Below are positions 24,990 to 38,290 of a stretch of DNA of 64,000 bases, piece by piece. The stretch is from Felis catus (lineage: Eukaryota). The stretch is taken from assembly GCF_018350175.1 (NCBI RefSeq), contig NC_058373.1, positions 101,310,001 to 101,374,000 on the forward strand. Reading direction: 5' to 3'. The position numbers and the translations under genes are program-made. The notes beneath the pieces are model-generated. The model was not told the DNA's origin and did no database searches. It saw only the letters and a list, made by a program, of their open reading frames with translations. The first letter of the stretch is position 1. Every line of letters begins with the position of its first letter.

Positions 24990-27164
24990 TGAATCCCTTT
25001 TAATTAGACGTAAGACACATGTGGCCATTCTCAATGGTTTCTGACAGGAATGTGATTTAGCACTTGTGTTCTTTAAATATTCCATTTTTGCAGTAGCAGT
25101 GGTAAGGGATGAGTGTACTCTACCGTTGACTAGTGTCTTTCACGGACACTCATTTCTTGGGCTGTCTTGCTTGTCCTACCGTCCTTCCCCCTTTGTCCTG
25201 ATTTCTTCATTGTTTTATCTTATCTACTTTATAAACCAGCATAAAGAACTTGGGGAATAAGACTGAGATAAATACATGAACAAAGAGTCAAACAAACTTT
25301 CTCATCCTATAAGGCAGCCTGAATTTTTTCCCCATAGACAAAGAGTTCCAGGTCAAATGGCTTAGCTAATGGCTTATAAGTGGCCTCAAAGTGGGAGTCA
25401 GGGATTAAGGCCTCAGGTGCTGACATGATGACAGCAGGCCACATCTTCATATCCCAGAGAATTGAGCCTCATTGTCCCTGTGGTCGTCACTGCCTCCTTC
25501 CTTCTCTTCCGACTGTCATTGTCGTCATTTCAATCAAGCCCAGTAGAATGTCGTCACTGAAGAAAAGTGGGGGGAGTGTGAAGCTCGGGGCAGAGCAGAG
25601 GACGAATTTAGTTTGTGCTTTGCACAGACAACCCTTTTCAACATAAAATCTCTTTTGTGCTATCTTTTTTATCGGGGCTTCTGAAAGTAATAATGATACT
25701 TCAGTTACCTGTCAGGTGATAGCACAGGATATATTTACTTCTAGATTTTAAACACACACATGCACAGAGACATAAGGCAATGTGCCATCACATCTAGCTG
25801 GATTTAAAGATTTTCCCAATAATCAGTTCACAACAGGTGATTAAGCAGTTGTTAAATATACTTTAAGTGAATCTGCAAGGGTAAATGAAGCGTTTTAACC
25901 AACAATAACATCATAGCAGCTAAGTATGTAAATAAATGAAAACAAAGGAAAATGAAATTAGATAATTACTAAGACAGATTTCTTCCACAATTTCCGTTAC
26001 TCATTGGGTCCTGCAGGGCGGAGGGAGGACCACAGTTTAAGGCCATCATTGGTGTCCCCGGGGCTGCAGCAGTGGTGGCAATATGACACGGAAAGCCAGC
26101 TCAGCCAGGATGTGTTTCCGGTTCACTGTCCTCACCACTGTGCTGGGACAGAAGTGAACAGTACAAATCACCATAAAAAAGGGATGTTTTTATATTCTGG
26201 GCTGGTGACCGGCCACACACAGGGGGAGAGCGGCTGGAGCTAAGAAGCTCCTTCAACATCACTGCTGCTTCGACTCTTCTTTTTTTATCTTTGTATCCCT
26301 CACCCCGGGCCCCCCCACCCCAGAGTCCTAAGAGCTGGAGATCAAATTCAGTGTTGAGCTAATAGAGAGAGGGAAGGCAAGAGGTTAAACCAAACAGTTA
26401 ACTGTGTCTCTTCAAAACTGACATTTAATACAGGGTGTAAATCACTAGGGGAGCCTGTTATTCCTTCAGGAATGCAATTACATAGGGTCAAATAAAACAT
26501 GAAAGAAACCAACAAGTTTTAAAATGTAGTATGTTCTCAAAAGTAGGCAAGAAGGAATGTGAAGCAGTTCAAATATGCTAACACTCCCTGCTGTCCTATA
26601 GGAGAGGATTACAAGGAGAGGTTTCTGCTCTTTAATGATTATGTGGTTAAGCACGGGTATGGGAGCACATTGCCCAATCTGGCTGTTCCCCACTGGACCC
26701 TGAGCTCCCCAGAGCTCCCTGCATTCATTCAAAGCAGGTGGAGGCTCTGCTGTTCAGCCCATCACCATTACAGTCCCATTACCAGCCCTGCCCTCCACTT
26801 AACACTTTTCTAAAGTGTTTATATGGCTGGACAGAATACACTGTGGGTATTTTTTTCTGTTTCACTCATTCATATGAAAACAAAACAAAACAAAACAAAA
26901 ACAAAAAACAAAAAAACCACCAGGAGAATCCTTATTTCTGTGATTCAAGATAGACAAAAAATAATGTTGGACTTCCGCTAAAGGCTTTCTAATATTTGTG
27001 GCTACTTGCAAATTGTGTTAGTGCTAATTTACTCCATGGGGAGGTGGAAGGTGGACTTACGTTTCTATTCTGGGAAGTGTCTGTTAACAGTTTAGTGCAT
27101 TTCAAACAATTTGATGCCTGAAAAATTGGGGTTGGCTCACCCTCAGTTTAACATCCTCATGAAC

Positions 27165-27279
27165 TAGGGGTGAGCAACTCGCCCAAGTCTACCCATTGCC
27201 CTCTTGGCTCTAGCACTGAAAGTCCCATAGCCCAAGAAGCTTCTGGTTCCCCAGCAAATCAGGCTGACTGGCCATCCTA
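27165..27279. mobile_element. MER81-like hAT-Blackjack MITE
   Basis: taggggtgagcaactc...tagcactgaaagtccc...tggccatccta. Confidence 0.7.
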
Positions 27280-27448
27280 TTCCACACACATAGCACATGT
27301 TCTCTCTTTGCCTCTGTGCTTCTAGCCCTGTGTGCATCTCAGGTGTGAGTACTGGGCATGTGTGCAAACAGGCACACACGTGAGAGGCAAGTGGAGTCTG
27401 CATTAAATAGAATTTGTAATTAGTAATTTCTTTAAAGTCTCGCTTTTA

Positions 27449-27665
27449 TTTTTATTTTTTTTCAACGTTTATTTACTTTTGGGACAGAGAGAGACAGAGC
27501 ATGAACGGGGGAGGGGCAGAGAGAGAGGGAGACACAGAATCCGAAGCAGGCTCCAGGCTCCGAGCCATCAGCCCAGAGCCCGACGCGGGGCTCGAACTCA
27601 CGGACCGCGAGATCGTGACCTGGCTGAAGTCAGACGCTTAACCGACTGCACCACCCAGGCGCCCC
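27449..27665 (-). mobile_element. Young felid CAN-SINE
   Basis: Perfect TSD taaagtctcgctttta (27433-27448/27666-27681). Confidence 0.97.
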
Positions 27666-28464
27666 TAAAGTCTCGCTTTTAAGCATATGCAACAGCATGG
27701 TGGAAACTGGGTATAGATTGTGTGAGGGGAGGGGATAGCTGGGAAGGGACACTGCGATCACTACTAAACTAATTATAAAAGAATTCAAACAAAACAGACA
27801 GGTCAGCTGGGTTCAGATTCCTGTATAATCACTAACTTTTATAAGCTAGTTCTTACTTCTCCAAGAAAAATACAGTTTCAAATGAGTTGTGACTCAAGCT
27901 TGGTTTTCCTTATCTTGCTTACAAAGTGCATCATACTACAAAGCTGACTTCTCAGAGTCTAAATCCAAAGGCTGCAGATTCTATCTGGTTGGTTGAATCT
28001 TGGGAGCTTCCTCTCCCCCAGCTCTGCCTTCCCAACCATCCCTCACCCCCAACCAAGCAATGGTGGCCACAGGCTGGTCCTTTTGAATCCTGCCCAGGGA
28101 CAGGCAGCTATCAAGGTCAAGCTCACTGACTAGCAGGCACCATGGGCTATGTGTCTGAGGTACACAATTTCCTGAGCTCCTTGCCACATTGGCAGTTCTA
28201 CATGCTCCCAGGTCTTTCCAGAAAGTCCTTGGCAACTCCACAGACTGCATGGCTGCCTCGGCACATAAGATATACCATTCTGACTGTAAGTTGAGTTAAG
28301 AAGTCTTGGGGTTCAGCTGGGCTCCTGAGAGCAGCCAAACTGAGAACACCCAAGACGAGAGTAAAATTTAGTTCATCTTACACATGTAGGTCCTATGGCC
28401 CTTTCATTGATTCTTCTCCTGACAGTGCAGTTGGAAATCTATGTGTCCCAAGAGAATTCATGTT

Positions 28465-28467
<3 letters not shown>

Positions 28468-28519
<52 letters not shown>
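28468..28519. repeat. (CT)n microsatellite
   Basis: Direct read. Confidence 0.97.
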
Positions 28520-28522
<3 letters not shown>

Positions 28523-28824
28523 ATTTTCTTGTTCTGTCAAAAGATGCCAAACTGATACATTCACCAGAAATAACACAAAATAAAGCAAGAAGTGATTATA
28601 ATTAAAGTTTTCTCTTGCGACTTATCACGTAAACCTCTTACCTCAGAGGCTCTCCTTTCCTGTGCTTAGAAAACTTGTCTGTCCAGATCAGACACACTAT
28701 AAGCATCAGTCTCAAAACTTAGTCAAATGCAAAGAAACTGGTAGTAGACAGGACAAATAATGGCTCACAGACTAATGGACCAGACCTGGAAGAGTAGAAT
28801 GTGCCTCCCTGCAATTTTCAAATG

Positions 28825-29390
28825 AGCATGAGGTATGCACTGGGGAACAGGACCTGGGCTTGGAGGCAAACAGATCCAGGTTTGAATTCCAGCCCAGGCA
28901 CTTATTAGCTATGCGATCTTGGACAAGATACTTCACCACTGTAAATTTCAGTTCCTCATCTGTGCCACGGGGATCAATCTAGTTTTAGTGTGAAGACAGG
29001 AAATAATATATGCAAAGCACTCAATACATAGGTGATGCTTAATAAGCAGCTTTCACTACCATGGCGATGGATTTCACAGGAAAAAGTGACCCCCTCCACC
29101 AGCCCACAGTGCCCTCCAGGTTTTGACCCCTCGGCTTCGTCCCTAATGGACATCTCTAGGAACTCTGAGCTCTTAATCTCAGCCCTCCACCCACGCTCCC
29201 TACCTGGCCTGAGGCAAATCACTTATCTGCCTCAATTACTCTTCATCTGTAAAGAGAAGGATAATAATATTTACCTCCCTCAGAGGAGTGTTGAGAGAAT
29301 TAATGAATGTTTGCAATGTACTCTGAGATCTACAGATGAAAGGCAGTGTAGAATCACAAAGTATTATTATAAATATTAGTGTTATTTTGA
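28825..29390 (+). mobile_element. Two MIR SINEs (~28825-29050, ~29200-29390)
   Basis: tggaggcaaacagatccaggtttgaattccagc..ttggacaag; catctgtaaag..gataataat. Confidence 0.7.
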
Positions 29391-31339
29391 CACATCTGCA
29401 TGCATGCATGTGTGAGCAAATTTGCACCTAGGGCACTGGATGAGAGTATGTGACTTTTAAGTATCCTCCTGTGAGTACCCCTGGCAGCCCATGGATGTTT
29501 ATGTCTGTGTAATTTATCCATAATAAATTGATTGGTCCCAGAATAAGGATTTGCTCAGAAGGGGAAGCACTGCTTTGGGCAGCTGGTATAAAATCAACCA
29601 CAGTTTATGGTTAAGTATTTTCTAGAAGCCTTTTTGGCCAGTGCCACTGACTCTGGCCAGTGACTATGGGATCAGCTCCCTAAAAAGCAGCGAAATGTAA
29701 TTCTCAGACTTCTGTATCCACCAGTTCGGAAAAACCACCTTAAGCCTACAAGTGTTTGTTCCTGAGCTGTGTTCGCTTGCAAAACATGCAGTCATAAAAT
29801 CAGATTGCAAAGAAACACCTCCGCCAACCCACCTCGCAGCCGCATCCTCTCCCTTCTGCATCAGCAGTGCCAAGCTCCAGCTCTTGCTGCTCCTCTTCTC
29901 TTCCCATTAAGGTCCCTGCTTCCTCCCGCTGGTCCCTGCTCCCCACTGGCTGCATTCCCTCCCATTAAGTGGCCTGCGGTAACGTTACAGCATCATCTGC
30001 CATAACATCACATCACGTAGCTCCCCAGAGACCACGTCTGTGACCTGTGCTTTTAGAAAGAAAAGTACAGCAAAAGTAAGGACAAGTGGAAGTTGCACGA
30101 GGAAGTGAGGAAGTTAAAATTCCCTCGTGCCCCGGGACTGAGCCCTCCGCTGCCATTGCTGCCTGTGTGAGGATGTGGTCTCCTCCTCTGATTCCAGATA
30201 CAGAGTGAGCCCATACATATGGGCATGAGCAAGACGTACGTCTGGTCTCCACCATAAACCTTTGTAGCCTGGCAAGAAACAGCAAAGCTTATTCCAGACC
30301 CAAATTCTCATTCCTGCTACAGCCATCATAAACGCCTGCCGACACCAAAGAAGAACAAGGCTGTAATCCTCATAAAAGAACATTTTTGAGCCCTGGAAAC
30401 CAAAGAGGGATATGAATGCCAGTTTTTAAACTGACATTCCCTCTGTTCTTGGGCTAGATTGGACGTTGAGGAAGCAGGTGACGGCCTTCGAGTCATGCGT
30501 TAGAGGCTGCACCCCGGCCTCCCTGTTATGAACACCTCCCCCCACTGCCTGGGCAGGTGGCCTGAAGTTCCCACAACTTGTGGTTATGATACTGTATCCA
30601 GAAGACTGTGTGTAGAATGGAAATATGTGACACGAAAATCAACAGGTTAAATCATTCCAGCAGTGTGCTGGACCCAGCTCACAGTGGCTTGAGAGAGCCA
30701 ACTCTGTGCATCTATTCCTAATTCTATCCTCACATCATTCCGAGAGCCTGAAATCAGCCAGTGGTGCCTTGAAATCATGCTAATCGGGGCTTTTCTCCCC
30801 GCTTTGAGAAAGGTGATGGTGAAAGCTTTACTGCACACCACCAATTAGCACCCACTTTTATCCGTTATCATTTGGTCATAGACAGGTTTATGCCATTGCC
30901 AAGGAATGAAGTCCAGTTTGGTTCTGAGTATGGAAAGCACAGGGAGTTGACCAGGGAAGCAGGTGAACTTGCTGTTGCAATTGTCTGGGAGCAGCCAGAG
31001 GGTAGTGAGTGCCTTGGGGAGGAGTGAGCGGAATGCCTCCTTGAACGTTTTGCCAAGGTTGGCCTGCCTTGTAGATTTTAGCAGCAAGTAGAGGATGCAG
31101 CAAGCATTGCATTCCCTAGGATGCTAGCAGACAAAATCTGGGTTTTAGACCCTTTGTGGCCCTAACAAACTACATAATCTCGGAGCCTCACTTCCTCTAA
31201 CTATAAAAATCTACTAACTGTACTCCTTTGATGGGATTGGTGAAGGATACAGTGAGATGATATTTGTAAAGTACTTGCCCTTGACAGTAGTTCTACTATT
31301 GATAAATTGATGGACATTTCACTGCGCTCTTCTTATTCT

Positions 31340-32830
31340 GTTTCTCACAGGGTTTGTCATGTTCAGGCAATCTGGACCTGAAACCTTCAACCCCTCTGGC
31401 CTCTGAAACTCCATGCTCTCTTGGTTTTCCTTCTTCTTCTCTGATCCTGCCTTTACTCTGATCTTTCTTCTCTAATCCTCCTCAAAACTTAATCCAGGGC
31501 CTCCTTCTCTTATTTCTCTGCACAGCCTCATTAGGCAATCTCATCTAGTCCCATGGATTTAAATGTTATCTTCATGCTGATGACTTCCAGACTCCTAGAA
31601 TTATCCTCTGTCTAGACCAGTGATTCTTCAAGTGGGAACCCTGGACCAGTGGCATCAGCGTCACCTGGGAACTTGTTAGAAATGCAAATTCACAGGCCCC
31701 ACCCAAACCTTCTTAACCAGAAACTCTGGGGGTGGGTCCAACAATCTGGTTCATCAAGCCCTGCAGGTGTCTCTGATGCTCCCTGAAGTTTGAGAACCAT
31801 TGGCTCAGGCTAACAGATTTAATAGCCTTATTTACATCTCTACAGAAATATCAAACTTAATACACCCAACACAGACTCCTATTCCCTCGCTAATTCCTCC
31901 TCAACTCTGTGCCCCCCTACCATGTCCTCAGAATTGCTCCCCTGAGACAATGGCATTATCATCCACTCATTTGCTAACCTGGAAGTCAAGAAGATCCTTC
32001 CTTTCTCCCAGCTTCTTCATCCCACATCTAATCCATTAGCAAATACTATTAATTCTATCTCTGAGTTATACCATAAATGTGCTACTTTTTCCACAGTTCC
32101 ATCACCACACCACCACCATAACTGGGACCACCATCAACTCTTGCTTGTTGAAGTAAGACCAACGCAACCTTTTCTACCTGCTTCCAACTCTGGCCCCCTT
32201 TAACCCATTCTCTCTGTTGCAGCAAGAAAGCCAGATCTTCTTAAAATGGAACTTGGCTCATGTTACTCTCCATCCTAAGATCCGTTTAATGGTTTCCCTT
32301 TACACTTAGAAAAAAAATCCAAACTCTGTACTATGGTTTCTAAGGCCCTGCACAACTTGACTCCTATCCATCTCTCTATTACCTCATTGGTGGCCCTCTC
32401 TCCCTCCCCTGCTGTGTCCCTCACGGGTTTTCTCTCACTGTCTCTGAATGGGCCAATTCCTTTCTGCCTGGGGGACTGTGTTCTTCTGTCTGGAATTTTT
32501 TCTTCTTTACCCTGTGGGCAGATGGCTCCTTCCCATCCTCACAGTTTCAGGTTAAATGTTACCTCCCCTTTGTGTCCTTCCTTACTGCCTATTAAAGTCC
32601 CCTCCACGCCCCATCATTCTCTCTCATCACCTTTTTATTTCTTTCCCAGCACATCTGCAGTTTGTTAGTTTTCCATTCAGATATTTACTCTCTTGATGTT
32701 GGCTGCGTTTTGTTTTTCTCTGTGCCCCTCACCCCACAACCCTGAATGGGTCACAAGGGAAGGGGGCTTGTCAATGTTCATCACCCTCAGTGTGTGGCAT
32801 AGTGACTGAGGTAGGGTGGGTAGCGGTTAA
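31340..32830 (+). mobile_element. L2 LINE (RT/3' region)
   Basis: ctcatctagtcccatggatttaaat..atgctgatgacttccag; aaatccaaactc..aaggccctgcac. Confidence 0.75.
31618..31802. mobile_element. MER5A hAT-Charlie MITE nested in L2
   Basis: cagtgattcttcaagtg...tcacctgggaacttgttagaaatgcaaatt...gtttgagaaccattg. Confidence 0.9.
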
Positions 32831-32854
32831 TGTTGCTGTTATTAACGTGGAAAA

Positions 32855-32999
32855 GACGGACATCTGCTTTCCCGGGTCTATGGACTCAAATGTTAATCTC
32901 ATGCAGGAACATCCTCACAGACACACCCAGAGTAATATCTGACTAAATGTTGGGCACCCTGTGGCCTAGTCAAATTGATACATAAAATTAACCATCACA
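32855..32999 (-). mobile_element. MLT2 LTR 5' fragment
   Basis: ctcacagacacacccag...cataaaattaaccatcaca. Confidence 0.8.
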
Positions 33000-33690
33000 C
33001 CACACTAGTGATAAAACTCAGAAAGATAAAGATACTTGCACAATAGTGAAACCAGGATTCAAATCCATGTATTTCTCACTCCAAAACTCCATTCCATAGA
33101 TGTTGCTGCTCAGTTACTATCGTTTTTACCCATGATTCCCAAGCTCACTGTATGCTACAAAGAAGATGCTCTTTCTTCATTTCTTTCTTTGTCCAGAAGT
33201 AAATGTTATGATCACAGTTAAACCAAATATATTTTGTAGTACAAGAGCTACTGCTCCAAGAAAACAAGACAAAGCAACAGTGGGGGGAAGGAGAACCAAT
33301 GACATTTCTGAACTTGGGTCCCTAAACACAGATTGAAGATAAATTATGGTTTCAAGTTAAAGCTCTCAAATGATTCATCACTGTAGCTATGGTCGACATT
33401 ATCAAAGGTGCTCGATAATTGTTTGCAACAACAGACAAACAAATAAATGGAAATAGGATGTTACTTTGAAATTTTCTACTGAGGCAACAACATGCAACAG
33501 AAAGGAAATCCTAGCAGAAAGTGCACACCAAGATGTAAACACTTAAAGAGAGCTAACAACTAATATCTCAACACTGGATATGTTCACCGATAACAGGGAT
33601 TTAAAAGGGCAGAGACAAGGCCTCCATGAGGGTCTGACTCACTGGGGTTCAGGATCCATCACTTGAAAGTGCCTAAAGTGAGGCTTTGGA

Positions 33691-33910
33691 GGGGAACCTG
33701 GGTGATTGTTGGTTAAGCATCTGTCCCTCGATCTCGACTCAGGTCATGATCTTACAATTTGTGGGTTTGAGCCCTGCATCAGGATCTATGCTGATGATAT
33801 GGACCTGTTTGGGATTCTGTCTCATTCTCTCTCTCTGCTCCTCCCCCGCTCATGTGTGCTCTCTCTCTCTCAAACTAAATAAACTTAAAAAAATAAAATA
33901 AAATAAATAA
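33691..33910 (+). mobile_element. CAN-SINE (diverged)
   Basis: Degenerate head, CT tract, (aaaat)n tail. Confidence 0.85.
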
Positions 33911-35049
33911 AGAGGGTCTTTGGAGAAGAGGATTTCCTGGGGCCACTTCTGACTGCAGCTTCCACTGCTTAGCTCTCCTGCCACCAGGGGAGAGATAGAG
34001 GACTACCTGCCCCTGATCCCAGTTCTGGTGAGAGGGCTCCAAAGGGAGCATCTGGAGAGCCTATGTGTGTTTTTCCAGGTCGTGAGATAGAAAAAGCAAG
34101 AGGCTGGCTAACAGTCAGTGCAATGAAGTACTAACGGCAAGCCAGTGCTGTGAGAGCCCCACAAATGTGTGAAACCCACAGAAGAATGTTGTCCTGGTGT
34201 CATTAAAAATGGGGCCCCACCCTGCCTAAATAAGCTCCTGCCAGAGGTCAGAAGAAAGTGGAAAGTTGCAGAAGCCAAGTGACCAGTGAGGCTACAGAGT
34301 GACCAGCCAAAGAAGGGACACTGCCCACATCAAAGGAATTGAACTTGAAGAAGCCCTGCAGGGGAGCCTCTGAGGAGCCCACAGAAGAACTTATCAGGTC
34401 CAGAGACAGCCAAGTCAGCTGATGACAGCAGCAGCCAAGTAAGAACTCACCAAGTCCCCTATCGTCCTGCTTCCGGCTGGGGCCCCTGCATAGGAAGTGG
34501 GGAGAGAAGAAGTGCTAGGCAGGTAACGAAGAAAGGAACAGCATCTCTCTTCACTCTGAAGGGTCAACCTGAAGCCGGATTCAACCTGGAGAAGAGAGGT
34601 GATTTAACATTACACAAATGCAGAATTTGATACTTCATAGGACTAGACTAATGGCTGAATTGCAGCCATGATTATGACACAAGTAACTGCAGGATATTTT
34701 TTGCCTGGAGTGATCAGTGAGGTAATAGGACCAGCCCAGCTCTGCTAAATAAGTGTTTACCGTCCAGGAGTCGAGCTTGATTAACATACTATTTACAGAA
34801 CGACGAATATCTGAATAAATAAGCCCAAACCCAACAATTCCCAAAGCTAACCTGCCCATGTGGGGACACAATTCTGAATGCTTGTGCCCTTTCAGACCCC
34901 TCTTGTTTGTAGCATCTGCTAATGGAGCTGAGATAAATCCACGAGAAAATCCTAGAGACACGAGGAGGTTATTTTGTTGAGGATTTAGCCAAAAGCTATG
35001 ATAGCTGAAAAGCTTTTGAATTACAGGAACCCGACAGCTATAAACACAA

Positions 35050-38000
35050 CTCTCTTCTCCAATATTCTAACTCCCTTACCAAAAGATGACCCTAAGTCAG
35101 CAATTTGGTCTGTAAATTTCTAGTTCTTTTTCCATGCATTGGCAAAAATATAGGGACATGTAACCATATATATTTTGGTGGGGTTTTTTTTTTTTTTGCT
35201 TTTATAACAGATTCACAATATATGTGTTATTCAATACTATTTGTTTTGACTGAACAACATGTTTTACTTTTTAATGGGTGCACATAATACTCATAATACC
35301 TCATAATTTGTCCAACCACATTTCTACTGATGGGCATTTAAGGTGTGTTTAAATTGTTATCAAAGTGATAGAGAGGAATTTTTTCTAACATCTCTGTTGC
35401 AGGCACCAATATTTTTTTTCAACACAGAATCCTAGAAATGAATTTGTTGGGTCAAAGATCCATTTAAATGTAGACAGATATTGCCAGAAAGATATTAATT
35501 TACATTTCTCCATGACTGATGACATTTACTTCCCCCCATACACTTGCTGATGCTGGATATTATCAAGTTACAAGTTTTTTCCAATCCACTGAGTAAAAAA
35601 ATGACATCACAGTGCTGTTTTTATTTGCATTTCCTTCATAGGGACCAAGGCTCAACATCTCTTTATGTTTGTGGACCATTTGTAGTTTTCTGCTGTTAAT
35701 GACCTATTCATATTCTTTCCCCATTTTTAATTGGGTTGTTCGTATTTTTTTTTTTTTTTGTATTTGTGAGGTAGTATGTTTTTATTTTGTGGACATTGTT
35801 AATTATGTTTGATGAATATTTTTTACCTCAGTCTATTATTTGTGTTTTAACTTTTTAAATGGTGTCTTTGAGGAAAACTATATTTTTACGGGGGGAAAAA
35901 AGGTAGTATTTTTTCCTTCATGGATTCTAGATTTTGTGTTTTGCTTAGGGAGACCTTAACCCAGTTGAAATATATCTCCATCTTTCCTTCTAATACTCTT
36001 GCAATTTTATTTTTGCAACTTGAAGTTTTGAATCCATTTGGAATTATTGTAGTATGAAGTAGCTATCTATATTTATTTTTCCAAACTGTGCCAACACCAT
36101 TTATTGACAGTTCATTCTTTCTTCTTTGATTAAAAATAGCATTTTTATTATAAACTAAATTCTAATTCATTTCTTCATCTGTGTGGAGATTTTCTATTCT
36201 GTTCAAAAATTCTCTTTATATAGGAGCTAACAGTACTTTAATTACTATAGCTTTATAGAATAATTCGATATTGCATAAGTCAAGTTCCACCTCATTTTTC
36301 CTCATCCATTTTTTAAAATCTGATATGTTTGAAAATTACTTTTCAAATTTCATAAAAATTTGAATTTATTAATTTGTGACCGATATGACAGTTTTACAGT
36401 GTTAAACTTTCTCTCATCCAGAAACATAATTTCCATCTTCATTTTCTAAGGTCTTCTTTCATGTCTGTGAATAAAGTTTTAAAGTATTATTTATGTAGGT
36501 TTTACATATTTCTTGATAGATTTATTCCTGGTGTTTTTTAGTTTTTGTTCCTTTTGCTATTATATTTCCTAATTGTTGATGTAGAGATACTACAAATGTC
36601 TCATATATCCAGAGATTTTATTAAAAATTCCTTTAGCTAATTCTCTTTGCTCCTCTCTGGAAACTCATGTTAGTATGACTGACATTTTGACCTCGGAGCC
36701 AAAGGTGTGAAATATATTCATGTGTCCTTTAAATATCTGTACGATTTTACATCCAACCAGAGAGAAAGAGCATGTAAAGAATATAGAATTCAATCAGGCA
36801 GTAAAGAGTTTAGGTGAACAGAGTTATCAGCAACCTCAATAGGAGGTTGTGGACTTAAATCAGATGGAAGAATTGAGTATTTTGTAACTTGAACCCAAGA
36901 GAAATGAATCGTATTTGAAGGGTTTATGCTTAGAGTCCGTGTTGTCATAGCAACAATTAAAGGAGCTAAAGGTGTCTGTTGGTAATGAGGGGAGAATCAT
37001 GCTAAATCTACAGATCCCAGGTTCCCTTCTCTTAACCTATGCTTACGTGAGATGATAAAACCCAGTTTGTTAGCAGTGGTAAAACTGACCCCTTGGGGTA
37101 GTGTGTTTCCAATCTCATGGAAGTTTAGAATTTAATATATTCTAAAGATAATCAAAGTCAAATTACTGACACTTTTGTGGTATATTTAGGATAATTTGGG
37201 TAAATTTGGATTTTGAACTGGCATTAGGTTTCTGACAGATTAGCCTTGTGATTTCAATTTGAAATGTGTGCCTGAATAATGGACTTTAAATTTAGAGATT
37301 TATTTTGAAATATGAAAGAGAATTTGACAAAATCTACCAACAGTATTGAATGCTAGATAACAATAGCTATAATGCAAGCTACACTTGCAGGTTTAATTTA
37401 TTAGATTCATAAAAGTTGTATACATATTTAGGAAGGTTTTGCTTATTAAGATAGGCATGTTTCAGGCTTCGGAGAAAATTAAATTTATCAAAGTTACAAG
37501 TGCATTTTATTTCCTTTAAGAGAGTGTAAGGTGTAAACAGAACTGTGTTTTAAAGAATTTAATCTATAAAACTTAAGTTACTCAATTGTTATTTTTTTAA
37601 AAAAGTGAAGGTGCTTACAAAAAGAAAAACATGATTTGTAAATTGAACTCAAAAGTTAGAACTAAATTTTAAAGCTACTTACCCTAATAAATTGAATACT
37701 CATTTTTAAACACACCAGTTGGTTTTTCTGTGCAAAAAAGTTAGTAATGCATGGACATCACAAAATTCATGCTATTTTCTTAAACTTTTAAGTTAGATGA
37801 TTGTTTCACTGGAAATAATGTTAGTTTTGTTGCTTCTTTCCCTGTATTTATACTTTTTATTCTGTTTTCTTGTTTAAATATCAGCAAACATTAGTGCAGA
37901 TGGTAACTATGTTTTGTTCTGTCATGGTAATATTTCACCATTAAGTATGAAGCTTTGTTGTCAGTTATACTCATACTTTATCAAAGATATTTCTTCCTAT

Positions 38001-38290
38001 CCTTAGCTTAAAGATTTTTTTCATCATAGATGGGTATTGAATTTTGTCTAACATTTTTTTCAGCTTCTTTTGAAAAGATCATGAGGTTTCTTTTTACTTA
38101 CATTTAATCTGATAACAGGGACTTACATTAATACATTTCCTAATAGCAAAACTTTCTGGCTTTACTATGATAAATCCCAATTGTCATGATATATTATTGG
38201 ATTTTATTTGGTAGAATTTTTAGAAAGATTTTTATACTTGTATTTGTAAGTGAAATTGGTCTATAATTTTATCATATATTATTTTTGTTT
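35050..38290 (-). mobile_element. Ancient L1 (L1ME-like) 3'/ORF2 relic, interrupted at ~36675-37808
   Basis: Antisense L1 motifs (ttttatttgcatttcc, caacaccatttattga, tactatagctttatag, caccattaagtatga). Confidence 0.75.
36675..37808 (+). pseudogene. Candidate old processed-pseudogene fragment, parent gene not recognised
   Basis: Non-L1 insert with decayed coding-like stretch (~36741-37050), AT-rich UTR-like tail, AATAAA 37686-37691; L1 resumes in register on both sides. Confidence 0.45.

Noticed and set aside
26000..26150. Possible minus-strand coding exon (TVVRTVNRKHILAELAFRVILPPLLQPGD...)
   Set aside because: Peptide not recognised and no supporting neighbouring exons.
33920..34720. Possible ancient LTR (Gypsy/ERVL-like) with CTCF-like ccaccagggg at 33981
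   Set aside because: Too degenerate to assign termini or family by eye.
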